Positions 57,354-64,000 of a stretch of 64,000 nucleotides of DNA are shown one piece after another. The stretch covers positions 113,398,001-113,462,000 of the forward strand of contig OZ024740.1 in the NCBI GenBank assembly GCA_964016885.1. The letters run 5' to 3'. Positions within the stretch are counted from its first letter, which is position 1. Each line of letters starts with the position of its first letter. Under the pieces are notes generated by a model, which was not told the origin of the DNA, did no database searches, and was given only the letters and a program-made list of their open reading frames with translations. Source of the stretch: Eledone cirrhosa (taxonomy: Eukaryota). A program made the position numbers and the translations under genes.

Positions 57354-57887
57354 CATACATGTGTGTGTGTGTATGTAAATATATATAGACATATACTTAC
57401 GCATGTCACTTTGGGTAAACACAGATGTAAAATGCATTTGTCCCCATTTGGATTTTGCGTATTATATTAGCATAAACATTCGGTAATGTGTAGCGATGAA
57501 TATGTATAAATATTACATAAGATACATTATATAAGATAAATAAATGTATGCCTATATATATGTGTATTCACACAAATGTTTGCATGTGTGTAAAAGTCTT
57601 TTTTCATATTGAAAACTTTTCATTTTTCTTGCTCTTTTTCTCGTAAAACGTATTTTCTGTGGGCTCTCTTAATTTGTTTTATTCTTGGGCATGTAAATAG
57701 GAGTGATTCTATATTTATGTATAGTTTATTTTACTAATATTATATGCATCTCCTAATGTACTTGCATAACTTATTTCTGGCACCGTCACCTCGCTTAAGA
57801 TCTTTAGTGCAGATTCTGTATGTTGTCTGTATATATGTGCATGTATAAAACAGTCACTCACACACAAATGATACATTCATATATACA

Positions 57888-57969
<82 letters not shown>

Positions 57970-58036
57970 GTGGGGGGGGGGGGGGTGTATGTAAAAGTTA
58001 AACAGAAATAACAACACAATCGGTACAGTATATGGA

Positions 58037-58080
<44 letters not shown>

Positions 58081-58103
58081 GTGTGTATGTGTGTGTGTGT
58101 GTG

Positions 58104-58180
<77 letters not shown>

Positions 58181-58344
58181 TTTCATGCACATGCAATTAC
58201 AGATACACGCATCACTCTTCGTAACAAGGTATACCTGCATTTATATAATATCATATAACACTGCTAATGCATGTATCGGTCACTATTCATACGTATATCT
58301 TCATCTAAATTATAGGGAGTAAGAGAATGATGTATATATGTATA

Positions 58345-58384
<40 letters not shown>

Positions 58385-58700
58385 TATATGAGTGGGAGCA
58401 GTATTTGTGTGTATGTGAGTATTTTAATTTCTGTTGTGAAGACAGATAAGAAGCTGTGGCAAATTACCTAGGCAACTGATAAAAAGTAATCGGAAAGGGG
58501 AGTAACTCGATGTAGTATAATCATTGTGAGAGAAAGTTAGAAAGTAGAAGGCAAACGACATTTTGTATCAACTTCATTTCGCAAGTATGATATGTGTTAG
58601 AGATAGAATTCCAACAGATTGAAGGGACCGACTCGTTTGGAGATGATTTCAGTAACATAGATGACATTTATCATGAACTTTTTTGTGTCAGGCTGTTACA

Positions 58701-59131
58701 AATGCAAACTTGTGCTGTGAAAAGAGATTTAGCTGATACATATTTTGATGGATCGTTATTATTAGAGGGAACACACACATACACGCAACGCATATCCCCG
58801 TACAAATACACACACACACACGTATATGAATAAATGAATAAATAAATAAATATATATACATACATACATACATTTATACCATAAACGTGGTTTCGTTTTT
58901 GCGTGTAATTGTTCTCACCGCTCCACATAATGAGGTATTATCTTGGTTTTTTCCGTTCTTTGCCAGGGAACGTTTCCCCCGAACCTAAGTATCGTCGTCC
59001 TGTCGTCCTTCAGTTGCAACGTTTTTTTAAATATTTACTTCTGCGTTCACAGATTGACATTTTTAGATTCAGAAGATCCCGTTAAGGGTGAAAGCAGCGA
59101 TTCTTTGATTAAACTTTAATCAGTTAATTTA

Positions 59132-59187
<56 letters not shown>

Positions 59188-59790
59188 ATAAAATTATATA
59201 TCAAATATATAGGAACCCTAGAGCAAATATTTATTAAAATAACAGATTTAAGTTTAAGCAAAGAATCGCTGCTTTCACTCTTAACGGGATATTCTGAAAG
59301 TAAAAAATTCAATCTGTGAACGCAGGAGTAAATATTTCGAAAAACGTTGCAACCGAAGGAAAATAGGAACACTATACTTTGGTTCGTGGGGACAATTCCT
59401 GGCAATGAACAAAAAAATGCAAACTTGTGCTGTGAGAAGAGATTTAGCTGATTCATATTTTGATGGATCGTTATTATTAGATGCAACACACACATACACG
59501 CAACACATACCTCCATAAAATGCACACACTCACACACGTATACAAATAAACGAATAAATAAATAAATAAATATATATACATACATATATATATACATACA
59601 TATCTTCGCTTTTTTTTTTCGTTCCTTGCCAGGGATTGTCCACGAACCAAAGTATCGTCTTCCTGTTTTCTTTCGGTTGCAACGTTTTTCGAAATATTTA
59701 CTTCTGCGTTCACAGATTGATATTTTTAGTTTCAGAAGATCCCGTTAAGGGTGAAAGCAGCGATTCTTTGCTTAAACTGTACTGTTATTT
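58701..59790. repeat. Composite direct/inverted repeat: A-B(-)-(TA)n-B(+)-A-B(-)
   Basis: A (aaatgcaaacttgtgctgtga..) at 58701 and 59415; B is the 3915 family. Confidence 0.8.
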
Positions 59791-59945
59791 TAATATATAT
59801 ATATATATTAGAAAGTGAGTTTTTTTTTACAAATTGAAAAATAACCGAGGTGTCCTACTCGAGTGAAAGTATAAAGAAAAAGAGATGAAATCGAAAATGC
59901 AACTGGAGTCTTAATTTTTAAAAATATATATATATTTATTTGGTT

Positions 59946-59983
59946 CCTTTACCGGTTTCGCAGTTCTTCTGCTTTTCAAAAGG
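59946..59983 (-). ncRNA. Variant-core (U3-A8) minimal hammerhead downstream of the Neptune-type PLE
   Basis: cctt-TTGAAAA-gcag(aagaa)ctgc-GAAA-ccgg-TA-aagg; all three stems pair. Confidence 0.68.
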
Positions 59984-60204
59984 TGAGTTGAGATGGAGGG
60001 TCTGTGGTTTTTCTCACATCTGGTTGGTCTCTGAATGTTACTTGTTTTATATGGAAAAAGTGGCTCGAAATGCCAGGTTTTTCGCGAAGTAATTTGATTG
60101 GTTTGTCAATAATTATAATAAATTTCGCGCCAGTTCGCGTTACAATAGTTCTTCAAATAAGAGGAGGGGGGTTGTCACATGTTGTTTTTTTCATATATGA
60201 GTGT

Positions 60205-60843
60205 TTGAATTTCTTTTTACTTGAAAAAAGGGGCTCACGAAGGCTTTTTTTGGTTGGTTATAAATGAAATTATGGCTGTCACGTGAACAAGTTTTCATAA
60301 AATTTTCGTGCCCTTATTTGGAAATCCATTCTGTAGCCTTTTTAGAGAATTTTATGATAAGTGAAAGATAATGGTCAAGAGAAAGGGATGGGAGAATTGT
60401 TCTGGTTCAGTGAATATGGTTAGTTCGCTGGGGTGTCAGAATTCAGATTTTCTATTGAATAAAGAAAGTAAAGATATGTATGTTTATTTGTGTGCTTGTG
60501 TGTGTGTGCGTGTGTGTGTGTTGTGTGTGTGTGGTTGAATTTCTTTACTTAAAAAAAGGTGGCTCACGAAGGCTTTTTTTTAATAAACGTGATTTGATTG
60601 GTTATAAATGAAAATTGGCTGTCACGTGAACAAGTTTTCATTACATTTTTGCGCCCTTATTTGGAAATCTATTCTGTAGCCTTTATAGAGAATGTTATGA
60701 TAAGGGAAAGATAGTGGTCAAGAGAAATGGGATTGGGAGAGTTGTTCAGGTTCAGTGAATACGGTTAGTTCGCTGGGGTGTCAGAGTTCAGATTTTCTAT
60801 TGAAGTAAAGATATGTATGTTTATTTGTGTGCTTGTGTGCGTG

Positions 60844-60910
<67 letters not shown>
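60205..60910. repeat. ~330-350-bp tandem duplication in the putative PLE 3' region
   Basis: ttgaatttctttt..ggctcacgaaggctttttt occurs at 60205 and 60536. Confidence 0.8.
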
Positions 60911-60912
<2 letters not shown>

Positions 60913-61012
60913 TGGAAGATGATTCTATTAGTAGAAATGGGGGAGGGAGTTGTGTGTGTGTGTATATAGGTGTTATGTGTGTGGGAGTATGGTTAGCATG
61001 TTAAGATGAAGA

Positions 61013-61067
<55 letters not shown>

Positions 61068-61239
61068 GTGTGTGTGTGTGTAGGAAAATGATTCCTTTAG
61101 TATTTGTTCTGTTGTATTGTCAGTGCAAACGTATGTTAAGGTTTATTTAGTTCGGGTTTTTATTTTCTAAAGTATAAGGTGTTATGTGTGTGTGTGTATG
61201 TCATATTATGGTGTTGACATAATGTATATTAAACCATAT

Positions 61240-62910
61240 TTGATGGTGGTCTATATTTTTGAATAAACATATTTTCCTTATTTATTCGGATTTGTTCTGT
61301 TGTATTGTTAGCGCAAAGTTAAAATGGGAAGACTTGGAATTTGGGTGTCTTATTACTTGCGCAAATGTCTAGATGTGCACTTAGTGGTATATGTCTCGTG
61401 GTTGGATCTCGTAATTGTTGGCGATGAACTATCATTCTGTTTCTGAGTGTGAGTTTAGTTTGTCCTATATAATCTTCATTGCATCCTTTACATTTAATGG
61501 CATAAAACAGATTTTTTGATGAGCAAGTGAAGTGATTTTTTACAGTAAAATTTTGTCCTCATTTAAATGTATACGTGTTGCCTTCAATGAGGTGAGTGCA
61601 GGTTCCACAATTAGAGCGACCACATTTTTTGATACTTGGTTGTGGTTTGTGGTAGGTAATTTGGCATTGGTGAGTAATGTTTTCAGTGAATTTGGTTGTC
61701 TTTTGCTTTTAATTATTTTGTGTTTTTCAAGGGCTTTTTTCATTCTTGGGTTTTGTTTTAGTAGTGGGATATTCTTGTGAATAGTGTTGTAAGCTTCCGC
61801 ATTTCTTGGGTTGTGTGTTGAGATATATGATAGAATATTGGACGTACCTTGAATTTGTTTCTGTTTCCGTAATTCATCAATGCCTATTGCTTTAGCCCTT
61901 TCTATTCCATTATTTATTAGTAATAGTGGGTACTCTCTCTCGAGTAGAATTTCCTTTAATTCTTGAAGTCTTTCATTTCGCGTTTCATAATTGGAGACAA
62001 TTGTGCAAATTCTTCTTGCTAGGTTAAAAGGAATGTTCGTCTTTGTGTGCTTTGGATGGTTGGAGGTGAATAGCAGATATTGTTTGGAATCTGTTGGTTT
62101 GTAGTGTATGTCAGTTTCGATATTTATGTCTTTTTTTAAGATTAAGATGTCCAGAAATGGGAGTTGATCTTGGCTGTATTCCATTGTGAATTGGATGTGG
62201 TTATTGATGCCGTTTATTAAGTTTTTGAAATCCTTCAGTTGGTCGAGTGTGTGGGACCAAAGAATGAGGCAATCATCCAAGTAGCGTTTCCAATTCTCTG
62301 ATAAATATTTGTGGAAGTTCAATGCGTATTTTGATTTGGACTGTTCATATATCTGGACTTCTAAGTATCCATGACCAATTTGGCATAAGTTGGAGCGGCT
62401 TTTGTACCCATCGCAGTCCCCGATATTTGCTTGTAAGTATTACCATCGAAATCAAAAAAGTTGTTCTGTATGATGAATTTTAATCCCCCGGTGATGAATC
62501 TTTTTTCTATTCTATCAGGTATCTCATTGGGATCTTTCTCTAGCCAGAATCCTATTGCTTCTAGTCCGTATTGGTGTGGGATCGTTGTGTAGAGATTCAC
62601 TACATCGAATGACACAATAATAGTGTCGTTGTTGACATGTTTCGGGAGGTGGTTTAAGAGGTCCAGATCGTCTCTTACAAGGCTTGGTATGTGATTCAGA
62701 ATTGGTTTCAGTAGTATGTCTATAAAGTTGCTCAGTCTGTGTGTTTCGCATTGTGGGCCCGCTACAATTGGTCTTAATTGTAGGTCTGCAGTGGTATTGT
62801 GTGTTGACGCAGGCTGTTGTGGATTGTTTACAGGCATCGTGGATTATTTTACACTTGTGGATCTTCGGAAGTCCGTAAAGGTTGCTGGTATTGTATTCAA
62901 ACTTTGTTAA
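61240..62910 (-). pseudogene. Penelope-like element (Neptune-type) RT + GIY-YIG, 5'-truncated, frameshifted
   Basis: YGLPKIHK, LRPIVAGP, VSFDVVNLYTTIP, YKQISGTAMGTKAAPTYA, WKRYLDDC, LPFLDI, YKPTDSKQYL..SNHPKH, CGRSNCGTC linker, CSSKNLFYAIKCKGCNEDYIGQT..NRMIVHRQQ..LSAHL. Confidence 0.93.
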
Positions 62911-62924
62911 ATAATATATATATA

Positions 62925-62980
<56 letters not shown>

Positions 62981-63094
62981 TATATATATATTATTTAACA
63001 AATTTTGAATACAATACCAGCAACCTTTACGGACTTCCGAAGATCCACAAGTGTAAAATAATGCACGATGCCTGTAAACAATCCACAACAGCCT
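62811..63094. repeat. Inverted duplication of the PLE 5' truncation end across a (TA)n tract
   Basis: 62811-62915 mirrors 62988-63094. Confidence 0.88.
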
Positions 63095-63203
63095 GTTATT
63101 AATTCTGGCAATATTACGCAAATATGACCCTCCCCAAATATAACAATATCTGTTTCGACACACGATTTCATATAAAAAACCTCGCAAAACTAATTCATCG
63201 CCG

Positions 63204-63270
<67 letters not shown>

Positions 63271-63296
63271 GTATAACAATCAATACAATATAATTA

Positions 63297-63366
63297 CCTC
63301 ATTACCAGAGATTTCCCGAATGAGGCGAATACGAAAGAAACGTCTTCATTCGTTCGTCAGACGAGG
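63297..63366 (-). ncRNA. Type I hammerhead ribozyme motif
   Basis: cctcgt/atgagg; CTGACGA; a-cgaatga..tcattcg-g; GAAA-tc(tct)gg-TA. Confidence 0.62.
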
Positions 63367-63493
63367 CAATATAAAACATGGCTAAATACTTGGAAAGTCT
63401 CATCAAGATAAGCAAAAAAAAAAATTATATAAATATAGACAAATGAATTACAATAGCCATATGAAATATACGAAAGAAACGTCTTCATTCTCG

Positions 63494-63551
<58 letters not shown>

Positions 63552-64000
63552 AAATAACAGGAGGCTGGAATGGTGTAAATCCTTGAAAAGTTTATTATAC
63601 TATGATCATTTCAATGACCGGGTTCCGTATGAATCCGGTGATATCATAAGGTATTCGAATTCGAAATATAACAAAGGAATATATAAAATCCATCTTCCGA
63701 AAATCAGAGACAGAGAGGAAGACAGACCAACTAGCTGCTTTCACCTCGGTCAATCGCCCTCAATTGATGGCAACTCGGTCTACTAATGACCATCTGGTGA
63801 GGGGGCGAAGGCTTATAATGTACTACCACTTCTCCGTCAGAGAATAAAAAAAAGAAAGAAAAAAAGAAGAAAAGTCAGCGTAAGGGTCACACTACAGTCA
63901 TGCTAGAAGACGCCGCGAAAAATGTTATTCCAAAGAACCCATATTTTTACAAAGGCATATATATGGGTGTCTGTATGGTATAATGTGTGAACAGAAAATT

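Overview
AT-rich, microsatellite-dense eukaryotic DNA with no recognisable host gene. The SINE and RTE-LINE content suggests an octopus or other coleoid cephalopod (inference). Contents: decayed RTE LINEs (one with a near-intact RT region at about 49.3-51.8 kb); four clear Penelope-like retroelement (PLE) remnants with RT and/or GIY-YIG motifs; tRNA-derived SINEs; and a roughly 19-kb 63-bp satellite (28.6-47.8 kb) that reads as a giant Thr-rich, mucin-like ORF. The most striking hidden feature is a dense set of type I hammerhead ribozyme (HHR) motifs, read by eye at about 15 loci from about 10 unrelated repeat families. They sit in short non-coding elements embedded in (TA)n tracts. These elements occur as partial tandems (units of about 310, 319 and 535 bp, retrozyme/pLTR-like) and as head-to-head foldback palindromes. 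Several HHRs carry non-canonical cores: a compensated U3-A8 pair in place of C3-G8, or U.U at 10.1/11.1. One foldback has a 48-bp duplication ending at the predicted cleavage site. All RNA folds are manual predictions and none has been tested computationally or biochemically.
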